NCBI GenBank assembly: GCA_965208125.1
Contig: OZ242320.1
Coordinates: 4,928,001 to 4,992,000, forward strand
DNA: 64,000 bases
Source: Candidatus Latescibacterota bacterium
GTDB lineage: Bacteria; Latescibacterota; UBA2968
Reading direction: 5' to 3'
Part shown: positions 9,592-19,176 of the stretch, in pieces
How the letters are laid out: each line of letters begins with the position of its first letter
Numbering within the stretch: position 1 is the stretch's first letter
Position numbers and translations under genes: made by a program
The notes under the pieces: model-generated
The model's input: the letters and a program-made list of their open reading frames with translations, nothing else
Database searches by the model: none
Told to the model about the DNA's origin: nothing

Positions 9592-10197
9592 ATGAATGAC
9601 GCAGGAATCATCCTTACAGGCGGTGAAAGCAGGCGAATGGGCAAACCCAAGTATAGCTTGCCATTTGGCGATGAAACCCTGCTCCAGCGAAGTGTCAGAA
9701 ATCTGAGAGGATCTGTTTATCCAATTGCGATTGTGGGTGCGTCCGGCCAGAATTTACCCGCTATACCCCATGTGTTATCCATATATGACCCCGTTGCCAA
9801 TCAAGGTCCGTTAATGGGCCTGATGGCAGGATTAAAACATGTCGAAGGTGTTTCTGAATGGGCACTGGGGACGGGTTGTGATATGCCGTTTATCACGACT
9901 GAATTGATCCAATGCCTCAAATCGCACAGAACATCAGAGTCAGAGATCGTCATTCCCCGTATAAATAGGCAGTTTTATCCTTTGTGCGCGCTTTATCGAA
10001 CTGCTCTCTGGCGAAAGGCCAAATTGCTACTCGAAAAAGGGGAACGGCGGCTTTTGGCATTGGTCGATGTATGCAGCATCCAGACCGTTGCACAAGACGC
10101 ACTCACACAGATTGATCCCTATCTCCGATTTTTGATGAATATCAATACGCCTCAATGTTATCAGAGTGCTCTTAAATTAGCCGGTTTGCAGCGGTGA
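9592..10197 (+). CDS. mobA: Molybdenum cofactor guanylyltransferase
   Basis: GIILTGGESRRMGKPK, QGPLMGL, CDMPF, PLCALY and NINTP motifs. Confidence 0.9.
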   Translation: MNDAGIILTGGESRRMGKPKYSLPFGDETLLQRSVRNLRGSVYPIAIVGASGQNLPAIPHVLSIYDPVANQGPLMGLMAGLKHVEGVSEWALGTGCDMPFITTELIQCLKSHRTSESEIVIPRINRQFYPLCALYRTALWRKAKLLLEKGERRLLALVDVCSIQTVAQDALTQIDPYLRFLMNINTPQCYQSALKLAGLQR

Positions 10198-10286
10198 AAT
10201 TGGACAGATCTATCCACTGTTGACGATATGCTTTTTTCGCATATATTGCCACGTATCCATTTACTTATCACCAAGGAGTTATCACG

Positions 10287-10589
10287 ATGGCTATTGAAGA
10301 CAAAACCCTGCTGACCGAAGATGCGATTCGCGCAGAGGTTGCCGATCTCGAAGGGTGGGAATATTTGGAAGACACAAAAGAATTGCAGCGCGTTTGGCAT
10401 TTTGAGAAATTTGTGCCAACTATGGCTTTTGTGCGCAGACTGACGGAGATTATGGACGAAAATAATCACCATTCGGATATCAGCCTCAACAGCCGAACAA
10501 AAACTCTTACTGTCACGGTGACAACCCACAGTGAAAATGCCGTCACCCGCGCAGATATCGATTTTGCTGGAGCAGTAAATCAAGGGTGA
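10287..10589 (+). CDS. phhB: Pterin-4-alpha-carbinolamine dehydratase
   Basis: 100 aa, NHHSDI and TTHSENAVT..DI motifs, AAGGAG RBS. Confidence 0.85.
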   Translation: MAIEDKTLLTEDAIRAEVADLEGWEYLEDTKELQRVWHFEKFVPTMAFVRRLTEIMDENNHHSDISLNSRTKTLTVTVTTHSENAVTRADIDFAGAVNQG

Positions 10590-10607
10590 AAAATCATTGG
10601 AGGTTGG

Positions 10608-11960
10608 ATGAAGGTGAATGTCAATATTCAGCCTGGCGACCTGAAAGTCAGGCTGAATCGTTTTTTTAAACTGGCCGCACAGAAAATTCGCAATATCGAT
10701 TCGACGTGGGATCCAGGCCGGGGAACACCGGTATTTACAGAAGGTGGTACATACACTACCCGCGGATGGACCGAGTGGACGCAGGGATTCCAATTTGGAT
10801 GCGCCATTTTGGGATATGAAATCACACGGGAAAAAGATCTGTTGCAGATTGGGCGCAAGGGCACGCTCGATCACATGGCGTCTCATGTGACGCATATTGG
10901 CGTACACGATCACGGGTTTAACAATGTATCTACCTATGGCAATTTGCGGCGATTGATGCGAGAAGGTATAATTCCGGAAAATGAATGGGAGCAGCACTTT
11001 TATGAACTCGCTCTCAAAGCATCTGGCGCTGTCCAGGCTGCTCGCTGGACGACCATTGGCGATGGCAAAGGGTATATTCATTCGTTTAATGGGCCGCATT
11101 CCCTATTTTCAGATACCATCAGGTCGTGTCGTGCATTGGCTGTGGCGCACGACCTCGGTCACGTTTTGATGGGGGAAAATGACCGAGCAGTTTCGCTGCT
11201 CGAGCGCTTGATTCACCACGCCGAGACGACCGCGCAGTTCAATGTGTATTACGGCGAGGGGCGCGATCGGTACGATGTGCGAGGACGGGTTGTACACGAG
11301 TCCATTTTTAATGTCAACGACGGCAATTACCGCTGCCCGAGTACACAGCAGGGTTATTCACCATTTTCGACATGGACCCGGGGATTGGCCTGGATAGTGA
11401 CTGGTTATGCAGAATTGCTCGAATATGTGGCGCATCTGTCAGATGACGCGCTCGATCTTTATGGCGGTAGGGATGCGATTAATGATTGGATGCTCAAAGC
11501 GGCCTGTGCAACAGCAGATTATTATATCGACAGTATCACTTCTGCCGATGGCATTCCATTTTGGGATGCAGGCGCGCCGGGCTTGATTGAGAGCTATAGC
11601 GATAAAATATCAGATCCTTACAATGACTGTGAACCCGTGGATAGTTCTGCTGCTGCCATTGCAGCGCAAGGGCTTTACCGTTTGGGCAAATATCTGGACG
11701 ATACGCGTTATCGCCAAGCTGCTCTAACTGTGGCCCATACGCTATTTGATGCGCCCTATTTGTCCGAAGACGAAGAACACCAGGGTCTTATTCTTCATTC
11801 TATTTATCACAATCCCAATGGGTGGGACTATGTGCCCGGTGGGCAAAAAGTCGCATGCGGCGAGTCTTCGATGTGGGGAGATTATCACGCGATGGAATTG
11901 GCGGTTTTGCTCCAGCGGGAGATGGATAACACACCTTATCTGACGTTTTTTGATCAATGA
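10608..11960 (+). CDS. Glycoside hydrolase family 88-like protein (unsaturated glucuronyl hydrolase-like)
   Basis: EWTQGF, HDHGF, TQQGY..FSTWTRGLAW, DSSAAAIAA and SMWGDY motifs. Confidence 0.8.
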   Translation: MKVNVNIQPGDLKVRLNRFFKLAAQKIRNIDSTWDPGRGTPVFTEGGTYTTRGWTEWTQGFQFGCAILGYEITREKDLLQIGRKGTLDHMASHVTHIGVHDHGFNNVSTYGNLRRLMREGIIPENEWEQHFYELALKASGAVQAARWTTIGDGKGYIHSFNGPHSLFSDTIRSCRALAVAHDLGHVLMGENDRAVSLLERLIHHAETTAQFNVYYGEGRDRYDVRGRVVHESIFNVNDGNYRCPSTQQGYSPFSTWTRGLAWIVTGYAELLEYVAHLSDDALDLYGGRDAINDWMLKAACATADYYIDSITSADGIPFWDAGAPGLIESYSDKISDPYNDCEPVDSSAAAIAAQGLYRLGKYLDDTRYRQAALTVAHTLFDAPYLSEDEEHQGLILHSIYHNPNGWDYVPGGQKVACGESSMWGDYHAMELAVLLQREMDNTPYLTFFDQ

Positions 11961-12736
11961 ATAAAGTCATTGCCTTGATAATCGGCCTCTTATTCGCTGG
12001 ATTTGCGTCTCAAAGTGGAGCCGAGACATTTGATTATGCACCGCTCAACCGCATGCTCGGACGCGTTGTAAATGCACAGGGACGCGTGGATTACGAAGCT
12101 GTAAAAACAGACGCGGATTTGCAGGCTTTTGTAGATCAACTCGCGCAGATCAGTCCCGATACGCATCCCGAGTTTTTTCCCAGCCGCGCAGACAGCCTTG
12201 CCTTTTGGATCAATGCGTACAACGCCTGTGCACTTGCAGGGGTCTCAAAAGCCTATCCCATCTCTTCCGTTACCGAAATCGCGCCGGCTTTTGGCTTTTT
12301 TAAAATATATCGATTTGTCGTTGGCGAGCGTCAGTTCACATTGGACCAAATCGAGCACGAGATTATTCGCAAACAGTTTTCCGATCCGCGCATTCACGCA
12401 GCAATCAATTGCGCGGCAGTGAGTTGTCCGCGTTTGCTAAACAAAGCATTTACGCCTGACAAGTTGGATGATCAGCTCAATTCGGTTATGCGAGATATGA
12501 TTCGCAACCCAATGCATGTTCAGATTAATCGGGAGACAGGAGTTGTGAATCTATCTGCGATTTTTGATTGGTTTTCCTCTGATTTTACGTCTTATGTGCA
12601 AGCGCGTGAGGTCGGCGAGACTGTGTTGGATTATATCTCTCTTTTTTTATCGAAAGACGATATCCAGTATTTGCAAAATCACCCCGGTCTTCAAATTGTG
12701 TTTTTAGATTACGATTGGTCTTTGAATAATCAGTGA
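11957..12736 (+). CDS. DUF547 domain-containing exported protein
   Basis: Signal peptide, LAFWINAYNA, DPRIHAAINCAAVSCP, LSAIFDWF and YDWSLN. Confidence 0.9.
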   Translation: MNKVIALIIGLLFAGFASQSGAETFDYAPLNRMLGRVVNAQGRVDYEAVKTDADLQAFVDQLAQISPDTHPEFFPSRADSLAFWINAYNACALAGVSKAYPISSVTEIAPAFGFFKIYRFVVGERQFTLDQIEHEIIRKQFSDPRIHAAINCAAVSCPRLLNKAFTPDKLDDQLNSVMRDMIRNPMHVQINRETGVVNLSAIFDWFSSDFTSYVQAREVGETVLDYISLFLSKDDIQYLQNHPGLQIVFLDYDWSLNNQ

Positions 12737-14436
12737 AAATGAGTATCTCAGATATACAAGTATCTTTGGGCGCGTTTCGGCCAGCAGTTGATCGCGCTTT
12801 GAAAACATGGTCGAAAAATGGCAATACAGCGCGGCTGTGGCGCGGCGATGCCACACTCTGGTCGGGGACGGATGAGTCCAATTGGTTGGGATGGCTTAAT
12901 ATCGCACCTCAAATACGCGATCGTGCAGACGCCCTATGCGCTTTTGCACAGCAGGTGCGCGATAAAGGGATAACGGATATTCTACTTTTGGGAATGGGCG
13001 GTAGCAGTTTGTGTCCCGAAGTGCTGGCGATGACTTTTGGCTGTCGGGAGGATTGGCCCAGGTTGCTTGTGCTGGACTCTACGGTTCCCGCACAAGTACA
13101 GCGATTTGCCGATGCCGTAAATTTAGAGACGTCCCTTTGCGTTGTCGCCAGCAAATCTGGAACGACAACCGAGCCCCACGCATTTTGCGAGTTCTTCTGG
13201 AAAAAAATGCAGGGAGCAATTGGGGATGCGGCGGGGCAGCACTTTATCGCCATTACAGATCCGGGTTCTGATCTGGAGACGCTTGCCAGAGAGCGAAACT
13301 TTCTGTCTGTTTTCTATGGTTTGCCAGAAATTGGCGGCAGATTTTCAGCACTTTCAAATTTTGGGATGGTGCCCGCAGCATTGATCGGCATTGATGTGCA
13401 AGGATTTTTAGCACGCGCAGTGGCGATGGGAAATCGATGCAAGGCATTGGACGAGCAGAATCCCGGTCTCTTGTTGGGCCTTATTCTGGGTGAGTTGGCA
13501 AAAGCAGGACGAGACAAAGTGACGCTTGTAACCTCTCCCAAACTGTGGGATTTGGGTGCGTGGCTGGAGCAACTTTTAGCCGAAAGCACGGGAAAAAATG
13601 GTCGGGGTCTCATACCTGTTGATTTAGAAGAGATTGCCACGCCCGATATGTACGGTGAAGATCGGGTATTTGTCTATATCCGACTAAAAGACGAGGCAGA
13701 CCCTGAACAGGATGCAAGTATAGAAAATCTGCAAGCGGCTCATTTTCCAATTATTCAGATCGATGTGGCAGAGCTATTAGACCTGGGGGCAGAATTTTTT
13801 CGGTGGGAATACGCTACCGCGGTCGCTGGCGCGGTTTTGAATATCAATCCCTTTGACCAACCCAATGTACAGGAGAGCAAAGATTTTACGGCGGAATTGA
13901 CACAGGCTTATGAAAAAGAGGGAACATTACCGGTTCAAACGCCGTTTTTTATTCATGAGGATGTCCTAATTTACGCCGATGTATCCAATGCGCAGGCGTT
14001 GGGAAAAATTGAAGATCTCAATAGTTGTATTGCTGGGCTACTCAATCAGGTTCGGACGGGCGATTATGTCGCTTTGTGCGCTTATGTCGATATGAATGAA
14101 GATAATATCACCGCTTTACAGGCTCTGAGGCATCGGATATGCAATGTATATCGGGTGGCTACTACATTGGGATTTGGTCCGCGGTTCTTGCATTCTACAG
14201 GACAATTGCACAAGGGAGGACCGAACAATGTGGTGGTCGTGCAACTGACAGGCGAAGATGAGACGGATGTAACAATTCCAGGGCGAGCGTTCTCTTTTGG
14301 CGTGCTCAAGCAAGCACAGGCTCTGGGCGATGCCCGCGCTCTTTCGGATCGACAAAGACGGGCGATTCGCATTCATTTTAAGACAGATGTAATTGCTGGC
14401 ATCCAGCGGGTGAAAAAAGCGGTTAGAGAGGATTGA
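12733..14436 (+). CDS. pgi: Glucose-6-phosphate isomerase (PGI module of the Tal/Pgi-type family)
   Basis: GMGGSSL, SKSGTT.E, IGGRFSALS, EQLLAESTGK, NPFDQPNVQESK and HSTGQLHKGG motifs. Confidence 0.85.
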   Translation: MKMSISDIQVSLGAFRPAVDRALKTWSKNGNTARLWRGDATLWSGTDESNWLGWLNIAPQIRDRADALCAFAQQVRDKGITDILLLGMGGSSLCPEVLAMTFGCREDWPRLLVLDSTVPAQVQRFADAVNLETSLCVVASKSGTTTEPHAFCEFFWKKMQGAIGDAAGQHFIAITDPGSDLETLARERNFLSVFYGLPEIGGRFSALSNFGMVPAALIGIDVQGFLARAVAMGNRCKALDEQNPGLLLGLILGELAKAGRDKVTLVTSPKLWDLGAWLEQLLAESTGKNGRGLIPVDLEEIATPDMYGEDRVFVYIRLKDEADPEQDASIENLQAAHFPIIQIDVAELLDLGAEFFRWEYATAVAGAVLNINPFDQPNVQESKDFTAELTQAYEKEGTLPVQTPFFIHEDVLIYADVSNAQALGKIEDLNSCIAGLLNQVRTGDYVALCAYVDMNEDNITALQALRHRICNVYRVATTLGFGPRFLHSTGQLHKGGPNNVVVVQLTGEDETDVTIPGRAFSFGVLKQAQALGDARALSDRQRRAIRIHFKTDVIAGIQRVKKAVRED

Positions 14437-14438
14437 AT

Positions 14439-15437
14439 ATGGCACTGGCAGCAATGGATTTGATGCAAATTGTGAGCGACGATCACAAGACCGATTTTGC
14501 GAGCAAACTTCGCGCTGAACAACTGGAACTCACGCGCAATCAATTGGATATTTTGCAGGTCAATGTCGGCAAGTTGTGTAATCAAGCCTGTCACCACTGT
14601 CATGTAGATGCCAGCCCGATCCGCACAGAGATTATGACTCGAGAAACCATTGACCGTATTCTATCATTTCTCGAAACATCCGATATTCAGACGGTTGACA
14701 TAACGGGTGGCGCACCTGAGTTAATTCCAGATTTTCGCTATTTTGTCGAACAAATACGCGAGCAGAGCCGTCGCGTGATGGTGCGCTGCAATTTAACCGT
14801 GATCTTTGAACCCGGGCAAGAAGACTTACCTGAGTTTTATCGCGAGCACGAAGTTGAATTGGTGTGTTCGCTTCCGTGTTATCTCGAAGAAAATGTGGAT
14901 GAACAACGCGGGCGCGGTGTTTTCACAAAAAGCATACGGGCATTGCAGATTCTCAATGAAATTGGATATGCCCAACCCGACACGGGATTGGAACTCCATT
15001 TGGTCTATAATCCCGTTGGTGCGTCTTTACCCCCTACGCAGGCCGAACTCGAAGCTGATTATAAAGAAGAGCTAAAAGCCCGCTACAACATTGATTTTAA
15101 TAAGCTCTACACCATTACCAATATGCCCATTAGCCGGTTTGAGGAATTTCTCAAACGCCGGGGCATTTACAACAGCTATATGCAGACTTTACAGGATAAT
15201 TTTAATCCGCATACGGTCGATAATTTGATGTGCCGCTCTCTAATTAGCGTTGGATGGCAGGGCGAGGTTTACGATTGTGATTTTAACCAAATGCTCGATA
15301 TGCATTCTTTTGGGTGCGAAGTTAAACTCTGGGAACTGACCGTTGAGGATCTGATTGGATGCAACGTACGGGTGCGAGATCACTGCTTTGGATGCACTGC
15401 GGGTGCGGGAAGCAGTTGTGGGGGAGAGCTTGTTTAG
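14439..15437 (+). CDS. arsS: ArsS-family radical SAM/Cys-rich protein (DUF3641)
   Basis: LQVNVGKLCNQACHHCHV (CxxxCxxC), YDCDFNQML, and C-terminal HCFGCTAGAGSSCGG (Cys, not Sec). Confidence 0.85.
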   Translation: MALAAMDLMQIVSDDHKTDFASKLRAEQLELTRNQLDILQVNVGKLCNQACHHCHVDASPIRTEIMTRETIDRILSFLETSDIQTVDITGGAPELIPDFRYFVEQIREQSRRVMVRCNLTVIFEPGQEDLPEFYREHEVELVCSLPCYLEENVDEQRGRGVFTKSIRALQILNEIGYAQPDTGLELHLVYNPVGASLPPTQAELEADYKEELKARYNIDFNKLYTITNMPISRFEEFLKRRGIYNSYMQTLQDNFNPHTVDNLMCRSLISVGWQGEVYDCDFNQMLDMHSFGCEVKLWELTVEDLIGCNVRVRDHCFGCTAGAGSSCGGELV

Positions 15438-15454
15438 AAGTGTGAAGTGTGAAG
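15437..15454 (+). repeat. Heptamer tandem repeat (GAAGTGT)x2.6
   Basis: GAAGTGT GAAGTGT GAAG immediately at the arsS stop. Confidence 0.6.
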
Positions 15455-15480
15455 GGCCACTGAAATTCAATCGCTACGAG

Positions 15481-15510
15481 AGGGCACCGAGATAGGTGCC
15501 TTTTTATTTT
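15481..15510 (+). terminator. Intrinsic terminator
   Basis: AGGGCACC-GAGATA-GGTGCCTT followed by a T-rich run between convergent genes. Confidence 0.7.
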
Positions 15511-17795
15511 ATATTTACTGCTATGCGTTGTGTCTGCGGGGACAGGCATCGCGTGCTGTCACATGCTTGATATGTGAGTATTAGCGAGAGGTTTTGTGGT
15601 CGGGTTTTGAAGGATAGAGTAAGGGGCACGTTGAGGCTGTCTGCATAAACGGCAATGGCACGCTCAGCAAAGGGAAACTGTAAGTCCTCGGCTGGAGGAT
15701 AGTCGATTTGGGTGATTTCGGCAATGTCCGTGTCCAGTGAGAGATGTGTAGGAATCAAATAATCGTCGGTGGGATTGGATGCTTGAATATGCCAGCCCGA
15801 AGCGATATTCAGGCGCACATTCACCTTGAGGATATTTGCGCTATCAGAAGGGAAGGCCGTTGCGGACGCAGTGACGAGACTATCAGGTGCAAGCATTGCG
15901 ATGGGAGAGGATGCCATCATTGTGCCGTGGATAAAGTGCAGGAGCGCGCCCGGCGTATTCTCAGCAAGGGAAGCGAAGCTATTGATGAGTGCGAGAGCGC
16001 GTTGGGCATACAGGGGGTTCTGTGTCAATGTCCTGAGTTCCCACAAACCGTGCAGGGCAACGGCATTGCCAGAGGGCAGGGCGCTATCGTAAAAGCTCTT
16101 GGTACGCACAATCATCTCATTTTGGCTCTGCGTGAGAAAATATCCCCCATCTATCGTATCCCAAAATGCGGTGTGCATCCGCTCCGAAAGCGATAGAGCG
16201 TCCTGGAGGTAGCGGGCAGAACGCGTTGCGCGATGGAGGTGGAGGAGGCCATTGATTAAAAAGGCGTAATCTTCCTGGTAGGCTTCTCCTTTGCGTTGCC
16301 CCTCGCGATAGATGCGATACAGGTCGCTGTCTGCATTGCGGAGGTTGTTGTGAATAAAATCGGCGGCTTTTTGTGCGACCTTCGAGTATTCGGGATGACC
16401 GAGGACTTCATAGGCGCGGGCATACGCGCCGATCATAAGACCATTCCACGCTGTGATGATTTTGTCGTCGAGGAGGGGGCGGGTGCGTTGGCTGCGAGCG
16501 TTCAGGAGCTTTTCTTTAAGTGAAGATAGGCGCGTGCGCAGAGTTGTGGCGTCAATTTGATGGCGGACTGATAGCGCGCTGTCTGTATCGGTCTTATAAA
16601 TGACACCGGTTGAGCCTTCGGGCATAGGCGCGAGCGCGTAACACGATAGGAAGAAGTCTGCATCTTTCTTCAGGGTCTGGCGAATGTCTTGCTCTGTCCA
16701 GGTATAATACGCGCCTTCTTCTGCTTCAGTTTCTGCGTCGAGAGCGGAGTAAAATCCGCCTTTAGGGTCTGTCATTTCACGCAAAACAAAGTTCAGAATT
16801 TCCTCTGCTGCAATGCGATAGACCGTTTTATTAGTAATCTGGTAAGCACTGAGAAAGTTGTGGGTGAGGAGGGCCTGGTTGTAGAGCATTTTTTCAAAAT
16901 GCGGCACGCGCCATTGTGCATCTGTTGCATAGCGATGAAAACCACCGCCAAGGTGATCGTGGATACCACCTAACGCCATGTGATTTAGTGTTTGCTCGAC
17001 CATATCGAGGTATTTTGCCCGAGGATTTTGTCGATAGGCCGTCAACAACAGATTGAGTGCGTGATCAGGCGGAAATTTCGGGGCTGTGCCCAGGCCGCCG
17101 TTGACGGGATCAAATCGATTTTCTATGTGGTCAATCGCCTTGCCAATCGGGTCTCCTTCCACTTTTTCTGAAACGGCGCGTGTCGTGTGAATACGCGCGA
17201 TGGATTGCGATATCTGATCGGCCTGTTTTTCGAGTTCCTGTCTCTTTTCCTGCCAGGCTACATGCAGTGCCTGAATCACGCGCGGAAATCCCGGGCGTCC
17301 ATGTGAATCTTCGGGGGGAAAGTAAGTACCGGCAAAAAAGGGTTTGAGGTCTGGCGTGAGAAAAACAGAGTTGGGCCATCCGCCGTGCCCGGTCATAAGC
17401 TGGGTGGCGGTCATGTAAATTTTATCGATATCGGGACGTTCTTCGCGGTCAACCTTGATATTGACAAAAAACTGGTTCATCAAGTGGGCAATATCCGGAT
17501 CGGAGAAGACCAGCCTTTCCATGACATGGCACCAATAACAACTCGAATATCCCACGGATAGAAAGATCGGTTTGTCCTCGCGGCGTGCTTTTGCGAGTGC
17601 TTCTTCACCCCAGGGATACCAGTCAACGGGATTGTGTGCATGAAGGCGCAAATAAGGGCTGAGTTCTCCGCTGAGGCGATTTTGCGCAGGGGAGGGGGCA
17701 GGAGGATTTTCTGAAGAATAAACACCCCACCAATACCCTGCAGCAATGGCGAGGAGAATGATGGGGATAAATAGGAGGCGTTTGGCGATTGCCAT
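15504..17795 (-). CDS. YyaL/SPATA20-like thioredoxin-domain protein with C-terminal DsbD-N-like domain
   Basis: [44 protein letters not shown]-terminal IASGWHI...YQACD..RCL and an N-terminal TM. Confidence 0.9.
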   Translation of the reverse strand: MAIAKRLLFIPIILLAIAAGYWWGVYSSENPPAPSPAQNRLSGELSPYLRLHAHNPVDWYPWGEEALAKARREDKPIFLSVGYSSCYWCHVMERLVFSDPDIAHLMNQFFVNIKVDREERPDIDKIYMTATQLMTGHGGWPNSVFLTPDLKPFFAGTYFPPEDSHGRPGFPRVIQALHVAWQEKRQELEKQADQISQSIARIHTTRAVSEKVEGDPIGKAIDHIENRFDPVNGGLGTAPKFPPDHALNLLLTAYRQNPRAKYLDMVEQTLNHMALGGIHDHLGGGFHRYATDAQWRVPHFEKMLYNQALLTHNFLSAYQITNKTVYRIAAEEILNFVLREMTDPKGGFYSALDAETEAEEGAYYTWTEQDIRQTLKKDADFFLSCYALAPMPEGSTGVIYKTDTDSALSVRHQIDATTLRTRLSSLKEKLLNARSQRTRPLLDDKIITAWNGLMIGAYARAYEVLGHPEYSKVAQKAADFIHNNLRNADSDLYRIYREGQRKGEAYQEDYAFLINGLLHLHRATRSARYLQDALSLSERMHTAFWDTIDGGYFLTQSQNEMIVRTKSFYDSALPSGNAVALHGLWELRTLTQNPLYAQRALALINSFASLAENTPGALLHFIHGTMMASSPIAMLAPDSLVTASATAFPSDSANILKVNVRLNIASGWHIQASNPTDDYLIPTHLSLDTDIAEITQIDYPPAEDLQFPFAERAIAVYADSLNVPLTLSFKTRPQNLSLILTYQACDSTRCLSPQTQRIAVNIK

Positions 17796-17807
17796 ATCAT
17801 CAGCCCC

Positions 17808-19040
17808 TCAAGCTGCAAACGCGCGTTTGATTTTGGCGACAGCCGTTAAAATATCGTCCATGTCTTCCTGTTCACCCAGCAGCATGTTTTGCAAGAACCA
17901 GACACTGGAGGCGCATATTGCTTCTACATTGGGACACGGCAAACGGCGAATCAGATGTGGATGTCGGTCCATCACGGTTTTGAGACCGCCTTCATCGGTT
18001 AAGGGCCGCTGATAGCCAGGTGTGCAGGGAATGCCTTCGGCCTGTAAGGTCGCGATAAATTCATCGCGTGTTTTCCCGCCGAACGCCTCGCTGTTGTAGC
18101 GCATCATATACAGATGATAGCCGTGCTGTGTGACCCAGGGGTGCCATCGCGGCGGCTCCAATCCACCGATTTCATCCAGCCCCTTGCTGAGATAAGCCGC
18201 ATTTTTATTCCGCAAATCGATTTGAGGTTCGAGTTTGGACAGCCGTTTTAACAATATGCCAGCCAGATACTCAGAGGTGCGATAATTCCAACCCAGACGG
18301 GGATACTCCCACCGCTCCCCCCCAGGGCGTCTGCCCACATCGCGGAATGCCCATGCCCGATCTCTGAGGTCTCGATCATTGGTGAGAAGACATCCGCCTT
18401 CGCCCGAAGTCAGATTTTTGCTCGACTGAAAGCTGAATGCCCCCACATGGCCCAGAGAACCCACTTTACGCCCTTTGTGCTCCGCCCCGTGTGCCTGGGC
18501 GCAGTCTTCGATGACTTTGAGGTTGTACTTACTCGCAATATCATTGAGTGCATCCATATCGGCCGGGTGTCCTCCCAGGTGAACGGGAAGGAGCGCGACG
18601 GTCTGGTCTGTGATGGCGGCTTCGGTCGCTTCGGGCGATATGGTAAAACTCACCGGATCGATATCGACAAGTGCCAGAGAGCATCGCACCGAGATGGGGG
18701 CACTTGCAGTGGCAATAAAGGTGTAATTGGGAATAATGACTTCGCCGCCATCAACCATGCCATCGAGGTCGAGCGCGGCGGATAATCCAGCCGCAATAGA
18801 TGTGGTTCCGCTGGGCATCATCACGCCATAAGCCGCATCGCAATAGGCGGCAAATGCCTGACCAAAGCGGTGCCCCACAGGTGCGGGAAGACCTTCGGTT
18901 TGATCGAGATAGACTTCTTTGAGGATGGGAACGATTTCTTCTTCCCATTCTCGTTCTGTGTTATCCGGCCATGTCGGCCACGGCGATGCTTCGGTATCGC
19001 GCACGGGAACACCACCATCTATTGCGAGTGTTTCGGACAT
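17808..19040 (-). CDS. DegT/DnrJ/EryC1/StrS family PLP aminotransferase
   Basis: YTFIAT, PVHLGG, IEDCAQAHGA, FSFQSSKNLTSGEGG and GWNYR motifs. Confidence 0.92.
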   Translation of the reverse strand: MSETLAIDGGVPVRDTEASPWPTWPDNTEREWEEEIVPILKEVYLDQTEGLPAPVGHRFGQAFAAYCDAAYGVMMPSGTTSIAAGLSAALDLDGMVDGGEVIIPNYTFIATASAPISVRCSLALVDIDPVSFTISPEATEAAITDQTVALLPVHLGGHPADMDALNDIASKYNLKVIEDCAQAHGAEHKGRKVGSLGHVGAFSFQSSKNLTSGEGGCLLTNDRDLRDRAWAFRDVGRRPGGERWEYPRLGWNYRTSEYLAGILLKRLSKLEPQIDLRNKNAAYLSKGLDEIGGLEPPRWHPWVTQHGYHLYMMRYNSEAFGGKTRDEFIATLQAEGIPCTPGYQRPLTDEGGLKTVMDRHPHLIRRLPCPNVEAICASSVWFLQNMLLGEQEDMDDILTAVAKIKRAFAA

Positions 19041-19077
19041 ATAAAGCTCCTTGGTTGGACATTGGAGGCGACGCGCC

Positions 19078-19152
19078 TTGACCCGTAGTCAGGCGGGATG
19101 TATATTTAATTTGTAACCCAATTCAAGGTACGATTTATAGATTGATTGTCAA
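19078..19152. promoter_or_regulatory. Face-to-face sigma70-like promoter pair
   Basis: Plus strand TTGACC-17-TATATT (19078-19106) and minus strand TTGACA-16-TACCTT (19152-19125). Confidence 0.45.
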
Positions 19153-19176
19153 GTTATCAAGAGAGGATGATTGACG

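Noticed and set aside
10161-11099. 312-aa minus-strand ORF and other long antisense ORFs (4234-5046, 7225-7932, 23198-23971, 38418-39092)
   Set aside because: They are shadows of well-supported genes on the opposite strand and show no recognisable motifs.
15400-15437. Selenocysteine in ArsS
   Set aside because: The GSSxGG position is TGT (Cys) and the gene ends at TAG.
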